Of a stretch of 64,000 nucleotides of DNA, positions 53,401-64,000 are shown piece after piece. Below the pieces are notes generated by a model that worked only from the letters and a program-made list of their open reading frames with translations, was not told where the DNA came from and ran no database searches. The DNA is from Adineta vaga. Its lineage: Eukaryota > Animalia > Rotifera. The stretch is taken from positions 13,268,001-13,332,000 of the forward strand of contig CP075493.1 of the NCBI GenBank assembly GCA_021613535.1, given 5' to 3'. The position numbers were made by a program, and so were the translations under genes. Within the stretch, counting starts at the first letter, position 1. Each line of letters starts with the position of its first letter.

Positions 53401-53732
53401 ATCATTGATAACAATGTCCGTCTGTTTCTTTCTATTAGCTTTCATTCAATTGATGCTAATGAAAAGGACAAAACAAAATATATAGATTGTTTTCTTTTTC
53501 TCTCTTCAATTATTTACGTCGATAGGTCATCATGAATATTGAAAAGAGAAAAATACTATCGGTCAAATTGACATCTTTTTCAGTTTGCCCGATGACTGAT
53601 ATTTTATCTTCTTCTTCTCCCTCTCTCTCACGCTCTTTGTGATTCGATGAACGAATAGAATATTAGCAAGAGAATGATAGTATAAAAGGGTATCACTTTT
53701 TACATACAATATTCATATTTCAAACGGTTACA

Positions 53733-53957
53733 ATGAATTCCAAGACGATTCTCTTTATTACAATTGTATGCTTACTTTTATTCAATTCAATATCATCATA
53801 TGACAATGGTACGGATGTGCATGTAGTGGAAAAACGACGTAGCCGTGGCAAATGTGTACGATGCAGCTTAGGTGTCTTTAAATGTTGTGAACCAGATATT
53901 TGTGTTAAACATCGGCTCGGTCGAGATAAATGTAAACGAATTAAGGTTCCACATTAA
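53733..53957 (+). CDS. Secreted cationic Cys-rich (knottin-like) peptide precursor
   Basis: Signal peptide, short propeptide, KR site, C-C-CC-C-C mature peptide; TATAAAA at ~53681. Confidence 0.75.
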   Translation: MNSKTILFITIVCLLLFNSISSYDNGTDVHVVEKRRSRGKCVRCSLGVFKCCEPDICVKHRLGRDKCKRIKVPH

Positions 53958-54061
53958 TCGATTTCGAACGCAATGTAATACTCTTCATATTTCTGTTTTC
54001 TTTGTGTTATCATGTTAATCTAGCTAAATAAATTTTGGTCTTATCTATTACAATAAAATAT

Positions 54062-54562
54062 TTATTGTAACTGTGGAAACATGACCGTAAACATAACAAA
54101 ATCTCCATTTTCAAGACCATATTCACCTAATCGTAAATGATCAATACTACCACCTAAATAGCGTTCGTTGATCTTTAACTGATCTTTGTTTTTAGTCTTC
54201 GGTGCTTCATCACGTAGTAGATTCGGTTTATTCCAAACCGTTATTATTTTAGATTGTCCATCTTTTGTTGGAAACGGTATTCCCATATGTTCAATTAAAT
54301 GTTGTTTTAAAATAGATATTGTATGTTCTTGATGTGCTTCGACTGTCGCTGGAAAGTCAGTCGCTGCATGTCGTACTCTGAATGTAAGTCGTTTATCTAA
54401 AGTTTGATTCATATTTGAATCGAATGGAATATGAATAATCGGTTCAGAACCCATTGATGATGGAAATTGAATTCGAGTTGGATCAGGTGGGTCATTATCA
54501 GTCACATTATTCATATTCTGACTAGTAGTTTTACTTGAGATATTTTTGAAGATGTTACCCAT
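54062..54562 (-). CDS. Ubiquitin-like (beta-grasp) domain protein with MGN N-terminus
   Basis: TISILKQHL..LGEYGLENGDFV pattern; no C-terminal GG. Confidence 0.55.
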   Translation of the reverse strand: MGNIFKNISSKTTSQNMNNVTDNDPPDPTRIQFPSSMGSEPIIHIPFDSNMNQTLDKRLTFRVRHAATDFPATVEAHQEHTISILKQHLIEHMGIPFPTKDGQSKIITVWNKPNLLRDEAPKTKNKDQLKINERYLGGSIDHLRLGEYGLENGDFVMFTVMFPQLQ

Positions 54563-54847
54563 GTTAAAGTTAAAAAATGATTATGTCGTGTAAGAAACAA
54601 GAAAACGACGATGCATGCGTGGCACATGAGTCATGTTTTTCTTTCCTTCGAAGCGATGCCTGCAATTTATTGTATTTAAGTTTTTTAAAAACATTATTTA
54701 GCGTTATTGCACAACTCATTCTTCCCTTATTGGTAAAAGAAATATCACATGTTAATGGCTTATTTTGCATAATATTTTTTTGTACGAGAGCAAACAACAT
54801 ACATTGTTTTCTCTATCGATCAACTCTTGCTACTATATATTGACTAA

Positions 54848-55363
54848 ATGATTTCTTCGATCGAATTTTTACCAGATGAATTGATACTCATAATTTTTTG
54901 TTATTTACACAAATTTGATTTCATTTATGGATTCATAGATCTTGATCAACGATTTCAAGATATTATTTTACCTTATCTATCTCATATTGGTTTGACAGAG
55001 AAAAACCTTCCTTCGTATAAATATTTTCGGTTATTCAATGACTATATACTTTCCGGTAATGTACATTACATTCAATCACTCACACTTGTTGGTCACCATC
55101 AACTTCAATTCTTTCAACAACATATACTTCAGTTCGTCAATTTAAAATTACTTACGATAAAAAGTGCGAATAATAGTTCACAAAATGAGTTTCTCACTGA
55201 AGCTTTGACTATACCATCCTTATCTGATCTTTCAGTTTCTTTCGCATACAAAGACATACTCAAAACAATATCTTCTTATACATCACCTAATTTACACAAA
55301 TTGACTTTAAATTCTGTCAATATGCTCATTGATTTTTTTACGTTGTTCGATATTGCGTTTTAG
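54848..55363 (+). CDS. F-box/LRR-like protein (possibly truncated)
   Basis: IEFLPDELILIIFCYL F-box motif followed by LxxLxL repeats. Confidence 0.6.
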   Translation: MISSIEFLPDELILIIFCYLHKFDFIYGFIDLDQRFQDIILPYLSHIGLTEKNLPSYKYFRLFNDYILSGNVHYIQSLTLVGHHQLQFFQQHILQFVNLKLLTIKSANNSSQNEFLTEALTIPSLSDLSVSFAYKDILKTISSYTSPNLHKLTLNSVNMLIDFFTLFDIAF

Positions 55364-55698
55364 ATCCAAAAATTCGATATTGTATTATCGGTTTAACTCT
55401 AGATGATATTTTACATGGAGAACTTTAAAAAAAATCAACGTTAAGTCAACAAATCTTTTCCGTAAGATTCAGTACCGCCTTGACGATTGTTATGTTTATT
55501 GGAGGTTTGATTAATAATATTCTTTCTTTTATTACATTTCGACATAAAGATGCACAACAAGTTGGATGTAGATTGTATCTTTTTGCATCGTCGATTACTT
55601 CTTTTCTGACGATTGGTATGTTTTCTATTAAGTTTTGGGCTGTTGTACTTAACCGTCTAGTTGCATTATCATTTACTATTAATACAACCAAACATTAA
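55364..55698 (+). pseudogene. GPCR fragment paralogous to the 7TM exon at 46069-47153
   Basis: GLTLDDIL..MFIGGLINNILSFITF..VGCRLYLFASS..KFW; stops and truncation after TM2. Confidence 0.7.
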
Positions 55699-56018
55699 TC
55701 TACAGCCATCTGTTTTTATTCTCAACAAAGAAAATCATCTATCCACGCTAACAGAATTTTTAACCTTTTCCGGTACCGAAAATAGATCCGTAGGTGTAGA
55801 AAAACATGACAAAAAATTGTCAATAAGGCGCAGGCAAACACAGTTTTCTTATCAAACACAGACAAATGCCTCTATTCCCATAATAGATAGATTATGTTTC
55901 AATACGGCTGCCATATTTCTACTATACGAAATACTGTATAAATTCATGTAGATTCACTAATTTTCTCATTCATACTCATCATATTTCGATATCCTCTTCG
56001 AATAACAAGCTAACGATA

Positions 56019-56823
56019 ATGAAAGCTGCCCTCGCTCTCATCTTCTTCGCATGCATTACTGGCTCAATGGCTACTAATGCCCGTCTCGAAATTGTCGACC
56101 AACTCCTTGCTCAAAGTCAAGGTATTGCTCAAACAATCTTCGCTCAACTTCAACAAACCATCCTCGCTACACTCCAAAGCGCTGTTACCCAAATCTCAGC
56201 TGCCGTTGGTGGACGATTCGACTTATTCAATGACATCATCGTCAACTTCAAACCCATCCTTGAACAACTCGCTGGTCAAGCTCTCAGCCAAGTTCTCGGA
56301 AGCCTCTCAGGCATTCTCGGTATGTCATCACTTCTTTTCGTGTCTCTCACAATGACAAATCATCTGTGATATATGTAGGTGGTGCTCGTGTCGATTTTGG
56401 TGCTATCTTTGGCGAGTTCTGGAACGGAATCTCTACTCAAGTCACCGAACTCGGTCAACACTTCCTCAACCAAGGTTTAGCTGCTGTTCTCGGTGGACTC
56501 GGCAGTCTCGGATCACGTGGTATTAGTGATATCTTTAGCTGTAAGTTGATCGATGTTGTTGTAAAGAAAAGTGATCTTGATTGTAAATATTTGTGTATTT
56601 TGTAGCAATCTCAGCAAACATTGCCACCGCCGTTGCTGGTGCTCAATCCGCTCTCTCTGGTGCTCTTGGTGGATTACAAACCCTCGGTAGTCAAATCCTC
56701 AATGCTTCCAAACCACACTTGGAACAACTTCAAGAACAACTCCTTGGTCATGGCCTCAGCGTTCTCGGATCACTCTCTGAAACCATCAACAACGTTCATG
56801 GAACAATCGTCGGCGGTCGTTAA
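56019..56823 (+). CDS. Secreted Gly/Leu/Ala/Gln-rich amphipathic polyprotein
   Basis: Exons 56019-56319, 56379-56540 and 56606-56823 join in frame. Signal peptide; strong C-ending codon bias. Confidence 0.85.
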
Positions 56824-57812
56824 GTGGTGAATCGGAAATGATGATTTTTCTCTTTTAATTCAAAGTATTTCTTTTTTTCGGTTGTAAGCAATGACTTTAA
56901 TTGAGCTTCAATAAAAAGTTCTGGAATCATTGTTGGCGCTTGAAAGAAAAAAAGCGAAATTTCGATGTTTATCGATATTCTGATCACATTTTTAATGATT
57001 TTATCTAATCTATTCGAAAGGATTCCGTGTACCAGTGTCGATCTTATTCGATACCATGCACATCTATGTCAATGCGATGAAATTATTATTGACGAAGATC
57101 TTGCACGAACACTGTATTGTTATTTTGTTTTTATGAATACTGAAGAACGTCAAAATACAAATGTTGTGCTATCAGTATAATATTCGTTGAGACGTATTGA
57201 AACTGCATATGAAACAGCATATTTAACTTCGGATAACGAAACGAAAAATCCTTCCTTGCTATTTAGTGGATTCAGATGGTGGAAATCAATATTTGAAACT
57301 TAGTTGTCTTTTAACCGTATAATACCTATCAAGCAAAAGGTATTATTATGAATTATTTTTTATTTTCATAAACTAAAAAAAATTCTTCTTCTTCACATAC
57401 ATAAATATTTCATTTTATTCTATTTCATTTTTTCTTGATAGGAATTGATCGAAAATGAGAAGTTTTCTTCAATAATAGTATAAATCACTGCTTTCATTTT
57501 ATTATCAATGAAAAAAAACATTAGAGTCTTAACTAAAATAATACATCTTTCCTAGATAGATCCGATTCGATGCAGTAACAACTAAGAAATAATTGAACTT
57601 TTATAAAATCTCTGATTTAAACATCAAGTCATTACAATTCACATTTCCATGCAATAAACGATTAACCAAACAAAGGTTAGTGTAAATCCATTGATTATAA
57701 CAATTCTCAGACCTATTTATTGAATATTCATTAATAAGTTTGATAAGTGTATCAAAACTCGATATTCCTAATTATATAGTGATGGAAGCTTTGAAAGAAC
57801 CAGAATCTATAA

Positions 57813-58463
57813 CAGGGCTCCACGTGGGATGGGATAGGACGAAAAATTTTCGTCCCATACCATCCCATCCCATAATTTAAAAAAAACTTCAAATAGAGTT
57901 TTAAAAACGAGTTCTTCGGATCATTATCAATTTTATCGATAACATTGAGTTTTTTTAGGATTTCGTATTATATTTCTTAGCTTTATTATAAAAAAGTTCA
58001 TCACATTTTTTACCTTCCTTAAAAATACCTATCAACATTTTTATAAATACAAAAAATAAACAATGCAGTAAGTTAGAATTATAAATGAATACCCCCTCCT
58101 CATCTCCCTCAGGAACAAAAGGCCATGAGCCTTATATTATGTCGTGACACATTCGGTTCGAAAACTGACTAAGTTTCCGCTAAAATACGCACAGTTCTTC
58201 CGAAAATTTCCTATGTGGCTTTATAAGTATGATGAATGAGTTATATTAGTTCAAATTTAGAACATCTTTACTTTGATCGAGGTCACCATCTAATTATTAT
58301 GCCTCGGAATCACTCAAAGAGTCTTTTGAAAAACATATTTCCAAGTTGATTTTTGAATGAGTTAGACAAATACCTATGATTTTGTTCGATAAACTGAAAA
58401 TTTTTATAGAAATAGTTGTCCCATGGAATGGGATGGGATCGTCCCATCCCACGCGGAGCCCTG
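57813..58463. mobile_element. MITE, hAT-like (CAGGG termini)
   Basis: TIR CAGGGCTCC(A/G)CGTGGGATGGGA at both ends, subterminal GGGAT/ATCCC repeats, non-coding interior. No TSD visible. Confidence 0.75.
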
Positions 58464-58630
58464 GTACCTTCTTTATGCTTTCAATGTTTTTATTTTGCTC
58501 AAAACGTTGAAATAAAAGTGCGCTATTGAAGAGAAATCAAGTTATGTCGATCGTGAGCAAAATAGAGTGAATGAGAGTATGAATACTATCTCTATCTTTC
58601 ATTTCGATGCAAATTGAGCAAGATATTTTC

Positions 58631-59165
58631 TTATTTTATTGTTTCCTCTGGCGCAAATTTCTGATCCATCCTTATCGTCTTTGGTTGTAATACAACTACA
58701 CCTAGAATAATGATAAAAAATACTCATTATTATATAGCGTTTGTCGAAGTATACACACTTGATGATGAATTTGAATGAAACCGAAGTTCACGTGCTTCTT
58801 GACATACAACACATGAAGAACAAAATGTTGTTACCAAACAATCATCACCATCTTCTCGAAGACCAAAACGTTGACGTAGAGCTTGTCGCTTACTCATATG
58901 TACTAGACAGCATAAACCACATTCTGACAATAACCAATATATAAAACATGAACCAAAACAACTACTTCCATCGATGCGTTTAGCATTTCGACCATAAAGA
59001 CAAATGTCGCCGGCATCGAAACAATCGAAAAGACTACCTAATAAATTTTGTTATTTGTAATTCGGATTCAATTTAATTAACTTATTACTCCACACTGATT
59101 CATCTTCAGATTTGTTTAATAAATAAAAGGAAAGTATTACTTCGAGTTGAAGTTACTGGTGCCAT
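58631..59165 (-). CDS. PLAC8/cornifelin family Cys-rich protein
   Basis: WSSLFDCF..RQALRQRFGL..DDCL..FC..CVVCQEAREL; multi-exon; the CxxC helix looks shortened. Confidence 0.7.
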
Positions 59166-59730
59166 ATGATTGTATATATGTAGCATTTATTTAAATAGAT
59201 AGATTTTTTATCTTTTCTTCAATTTCTTTAATGTTACACATATATCGTGAGAAAATTGGGCATGCCCCAAACTATTAAAGGTTCTAATATTAATAAAATG
59301 ATATTTTTGTGTGATAAGAAATAAATAAATAAATAAAAACGAACTTCGAGTCATTCTCATTGTTTGACGATGTCCATGTTCTACCATCTTCAACATATAT
59401 ATATTCAACACGTGCCAAAAAAAACATTAAAAAAATGCACTTTTATTTTCTCTCTTGTCAGAAAGGCGAAAAGAGAACGAGAAAGGATGTGATACATGTG
59501 TACATGTATGGACGTATACATGGGAGAAAGAAAAAAAAACCCATAAGTCAAATGCATACTTTTTTAGAAAGATTTTTTTCATCTTATCTCTGCTTATATG
59601 CAAATACTGAAACGGGAAAAAACCCACTCTAGTAGAATGAAACTATAACCATGGATTTTTTCAATATTAGTATTTATATGCAATCTCTCTTTCACTTGTT
59701 ATCATCTTATTCAAAATATTTTGAGCAACA

Positions 59731-60513
59731 ATGGAACAATTGCCCCCACTTCGTATTCTTGTACAACCCAGAGCAATGTATCGAGTGCGGTATAGAACTG
59801 ATATGGTTAATCAACCAATTCGAGCATTTCGTTTTATACTAGGCGAAGAAAATATCAATGGCTTAGCGTATCCAACAATTGAAGTAAAATCAATTCCGAA
59901 TTGTTTTTCTCTTGAACTAGTTGTCTTTTTCGAATAGATTCCAAACGAATGGAAGGATAAAATGCAAGAAAATTTCTATATTCGTTTAACACATGTTACT
60001 GTGCCAAACGATCAGGTGCCTGAAAGATGCATACATCCTTATAACATTGATGTGAATGAAGATAATGTAATTAAAGATCCAAAAACAAATTCTCTATACT
60101 TTCCTGTGTCAGCAATCGATTTGGAAAATGGTCAAAAAAGGTACTTTATTATTTAGACTTAATTTGGTTATAGAGATTTGTTTTCTACATAGTTTTCGTT
60201 TTTGTTTATCAAAACTGGTTCAAAGTGAATTAAGAAATTATGGACCATTGAAACTCTTGGATTCTTGTAAGAGATACAAATTGTTCAGTTCATTATATTT
60301 TATAATTTTTCTTGCTGAATAGATGAAATTCATGAACAATCTTTAGTAGATCCATCAAATACAAAAAGAATTATTGAACTTTATCAATTAACACATTCAC
60401 AGATACGTTTTTCAATAGCTGCCATCTCTGATCATAACAATCAGTTACCAATAACATATGCTTGTTCATCTGTATATTCACATGTTATGAGTGGCGCACA
60501 AGTAGAAAACTAG
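59731..60513 (+). CDS. Rel-homology (RHD N-terminal DNA-binding) domain-only protein
   Basis: Four exons join in frame. LRILVQPRAMYRVRY, YPTIEI, IRLTHVT..CIHPY, SQIRFS..VYSHVM. Confidence 0.65.
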
Positions 60514-61373
60514 GTGTCTTTTTCTTTTATTTCGTAATCAAGAAAACAAAAATTCAACTTAATTGATCCCATAGACGGATTCATTCTCAAAATCATAATC
60601 CAACGGTTCATATTTATTTATAAATAAACATGTCGGAAGTTCTGCTGTATGTTCTTGTAATCGATCGAGTACATAATTAGGTCTACTTGTTTCAGATTAT
60701 ATCTAACTCCGATCTTTTCAATGCACAGCAAAATTCTTGAATATTTGACATGTATTCGGGAGTGAAGCATGCATCATGTTAAGAAGCTGTAATTTTGAGA
60801 CTCTATCGTTTTAAAGTTTTGATAATAGTTGACTCTTTAAATTCACAATGTTTCTAAGATAAATTCTGGATTAGGTGTATATAAATCTATGCGTAAATCA
60901 AATGATTTCACATTTGGAATATAATACTCGAATATAGGAAGAGATATACTGAATTGCTATTACATGTCGACGATAAGGTGTTTCGTAAGATGGATTGATT
61001 AAAACAAAACTATAATATTAAACGTATGAAGCTGTAAATAAAATTGCGGAGTTTCAATAAATGATTCATATAGAACTATACGTCATCTTGAATCTTTCAG
61101 TACAAATTTGTTTTGATTGTGAGTTATAATCAAGAATCGCAAGCGATCAAATAATTTATATCTTTATGGGATTTTTAGTTTCATCTAAGTATTCTTCGTG
61201 CACTTAAAATGTGCCTTTGATAACATATCGATGTTTCGAATCATGTTTTCACCGATGCTTATACCTTATATCTTTTTTTTTCTCTCACATCTGATCAAAG
61301 TCACATACATTCATTACTGATTCTATCATCCTCTTCATTTATTCATTTTCTTCTTTCATACACTCTTTTCAAT

Positions 61374-61643
61374 ATGCGTTTCATCGTTACAATTATTTCC
61401 ATCATCATGCTTGTTGTTGCATTATCAACAGCATTTCCTCAACATCAACGTATGCGTCGTGGTCCAATTGATCTCAGTGGTTTGACTGCTCCTGGTGGAA
61501 TGTCACTTATATGCATATTTCCACCATGTCCAGTACAACCCATTGTTTTTCCAACAAACATTGATTGGGATGCTCTTCATGCTAGCATTGCTCAATGGAA
61601 TAAAGAACAGGAACAACTAGCATTATTACAAGCAAATAATTGA
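61374..61643 (+). CDS. Small secreted protein / peptide precursor
   Basis: Signal peptide, RMRR furin-like site, CIFPPC. Confidence 0.65.
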   Translation: MRFIVTIISIIMLVVALSTAFPQHQRMRRGPIDLSGLTAPGGMSLICIFPPCPVQPIVFPTNIDWDALHASIAQWNKEQEQLALLQANN

Positions 61644-61859
61644 AAAGAAAACAAAAAAATAAATCTTTTTTTTTCAAACAATAAGTCTTCTATGAATGCT
61701 TTACTGTAATAACATTCTACTTTTATTATTATTATTATTAATAAACAATACTGCGAGAAGACATACTACAATGTGACAAATATAGTTCCATATCTTACGT
61801 AGTAGATGTATTATAATGAGGATATAACTGTAAATATAAGTTAATCTTGTTGTTTGTTG

Positions 61860-63467
61860 TCAAGCACTAAAAGTAGTTACAACAAGAAGTAATTGTAAAT
61901 ACCAGTCGACACATTGTACACAAAACGATGTGCTCAATGCATGCAAATAGTCTTGTTCTAATTCAATTAAAAGCCAATACCACCAACGAAGTGGTGTCAT
62001 TATGATATGCATCAACCAATGAGGATATGTTGCGTAACATGAAGCAATAATATTGTTCGTTACAATTCTTCCCTCAAATGTCAATGGAGCATAAGCATAA
62101 TCATCAACATTCGTACTTTCTCGTATTTCAATCACCTTAACCATTTGATGAAGTAAAGTGGAATAAACAAAGTCTCCTGCTGAAACGTCACGAGCAAAAC
62201 GATACTGTTCGCTTTCGTCATGAGATCTACGCACAAGTATGGAATGTGTTGGTGTTAGACGAAGTGGATGGCTTCGATTTTCATTACAATGTATTTCCAT
62301 AAATGATATCGATGAACGATAATGACGAAAAATTGCTAATACAGCACTTGATTTGTGAGAATCGATACGAACTTGTTCTCCTACTCGTAGATTGTGCAAA
62401 GGAACTTGAATCCCACTTTCAAGTGTGACCATCGTTTTTGAAGAGAAACATGGTGTAGTTGTAGTTCTAGCTGTTGTTGTAGTAGTAGTAGTAGTAGTTG
62501 TTGTTGTAGTTGTTGTGCTAAAGACGGATTTGATCATATTAAACACTAGACCAAATAGCGTTATTAGCAAAATTGATAGTAACACAATACACAAAAGACG
62601 TCTTATGAAGATCTTCGATCTTTCAGATTGTTCACGCTGTTGTATGTTTTGTGGATAAATGCCGACGGTTGTATTGGCATATTCTGTTTGAGGATGATTA
62701 TCAGATATACAATCGTTTCGAATTAAAGGTGTGTATTCCTCTTTTTGTCGGATATTCGGTAATCGACGAATATTCTGAAAAAAGAATGATTTCATATAAC
62801 ACATTGGTGGAAAACGCCCAAAGTCATCTTTTCAGGATTATGGAATTTTGAAAAGAATAGTGATGATGGAGATTACTACTGTTTATCTTTAGTCCCTTAT
62901 GTGTCAGTTCTTGCTTTCATGCAAAGATATTTTTCGGTGCGATAAAAACATTCTTATACAAAACACAATACTTACAGTTGTGAAAATCATGTCATCCTCA
63001 CTATCATCATCGCTGAATGGACGATTCAATGATGTTTTTAATCCATTGTTTTCAATTTAACGACAAGGTCGTCCCAAATCACGACACTTCTGACACAAAC
63101 TTTCATTATGTGTTCCATTTGGATTCATAGCATTCAATACATTCTTATATTGTGATTTGTGCCTGTCAATACATTTTTGATCTTCCCAGTCACCAGGATC
63201 TCGTGGGTGAATTAACACCGATGAATTGCAGTTTTCGCACGATAACCCTAAATCGGAATGACATGAATGCCACATCATGTGACAATCGTCACAAATATAG
63301 ACGAAATTCTTGGAAAGATTCGTTGGATAAACTAATGTATTACATTGTTTACAATTTTGACCATGATTGTCCCATGCTTTGGTACTCTTCCATCGTCGTC
63401 CACAATGAGAACATTGGAAATTTCCATACTGTGGACGAGTTTTAAGAAGTGTATCATTCGTAAGCAT
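61860..63467 (-). CDS. zf-3CxxC - TM - Thr stalk - Hedgehog Hint/SRR (Hog) protein with an in-frame TAA at 63057-63059
   Basis: YGNFQCSHC..W.S..AW..CKQC..HNESLCQKC. The frame stays open after TAA to a phase-0 intron (62775-62975). TM, poly-Thr, P|CFS, LTPTH, YAPLT.EG.IV.N...ASCYA, then SRR-like helices. Confidence 0.75.
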
Positions 63468-64000
63468 TGCTTGTTGTTTTTCTTTCAAACGCGTGGTTGT
63501 ACTTACCGTTCACGATGTGAGCACAAGTTAGACTGCGTGACAAACGAAGAACATTTTCGTAAGCTGTACGGTTCGATAAAGAAAAAAGAAAAGCAAAATA
63601 TTGGAGAAAACATGGTAGAATGGGAAAAGAAAGAAAAAAAAGTGTTAACAGAACGTGAGACAAAATATAGAAAGAAAGATTGTCAGAATAGATGACACAT
63701 GTACTATTATACACGAAGTATTTTTCATCTGTAAAATCATCAGATGAATAAATATCAAAAATTTGATTCCACCTCAAACTATGTATTTGGATAATAATAC
63801 GAATAAAACTCTTTTTCTTTTTTCCTATTTGTGAGTTACAGATAGATTAATCTTTCCATCCGTACTTTTCTCTACCATTCAACCACAAAAAAGGAATGAA
63901 AAGAAAAAACAGAACGTCGACACATTTTTATACAGATTTATATTTTACTAGATTCATATGAATCTATTGATATTCTAGCATCGAGTAAACAGTATTAAGA

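Noticed and set aside
61860-62450. True hedgehog gene or intein
   Set aside because: There is no Hedge signalling domain and no intein C-terminal HN-C/S/T junction or C-extein; it is a Hog module in a different fusion.
62425-62658. Poly-Val ORF
   Set aside because: It is the antisense reading of the poly-Thr stalk codons.

Overview
AT-rich eukaryotic genomic DNA with many short (~50-70 bp) GT-AG introns. The gene repertoire (FG-GAP, NHL, TPR and F-box families, orphan rhodopsin-class GPCRs, bacteria/protist-like enzymes) is most consistent with a bdelloid rotifer; this is an inference from sequence style. The window opens with the right half of an internally deleted EnSpm/CACTA-type transposon and also holds a FLYWCH/Mutator derivative with an 8-bp TSD and a hAT-like MITE. 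The genic part is a birth-and-death accessory region with many decayed copies (eIF4A, GPCRs, MCT, ABCG, O-methyltransferase, F-box-E2). Best candidates for novelty: (1) a spliced zf-3CxxC (RTP/ZAR1-like) - TM - Thr stalk - Hedgehog Hint/SRR gene with one in-frame TAA exactly after the zinc domain; (2) an intron-containing RelE/ParE-like toxin gene with a TATA box, convergent with an ADP-ribosyltransferase-fold gene; (3) a giant protein made of three tandem 2-TM Cys-rich units (a possible concatenated trimeric channel) plus an FG-GAP propeller; (4) a secreted polyprotein whose only Arg residues sit at peptide boundaries, and a knottin-type cationic peptide; (5) a stand-alone Rel-homology domain. 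All homologies were recognised by eye from motifs; no searches were run.
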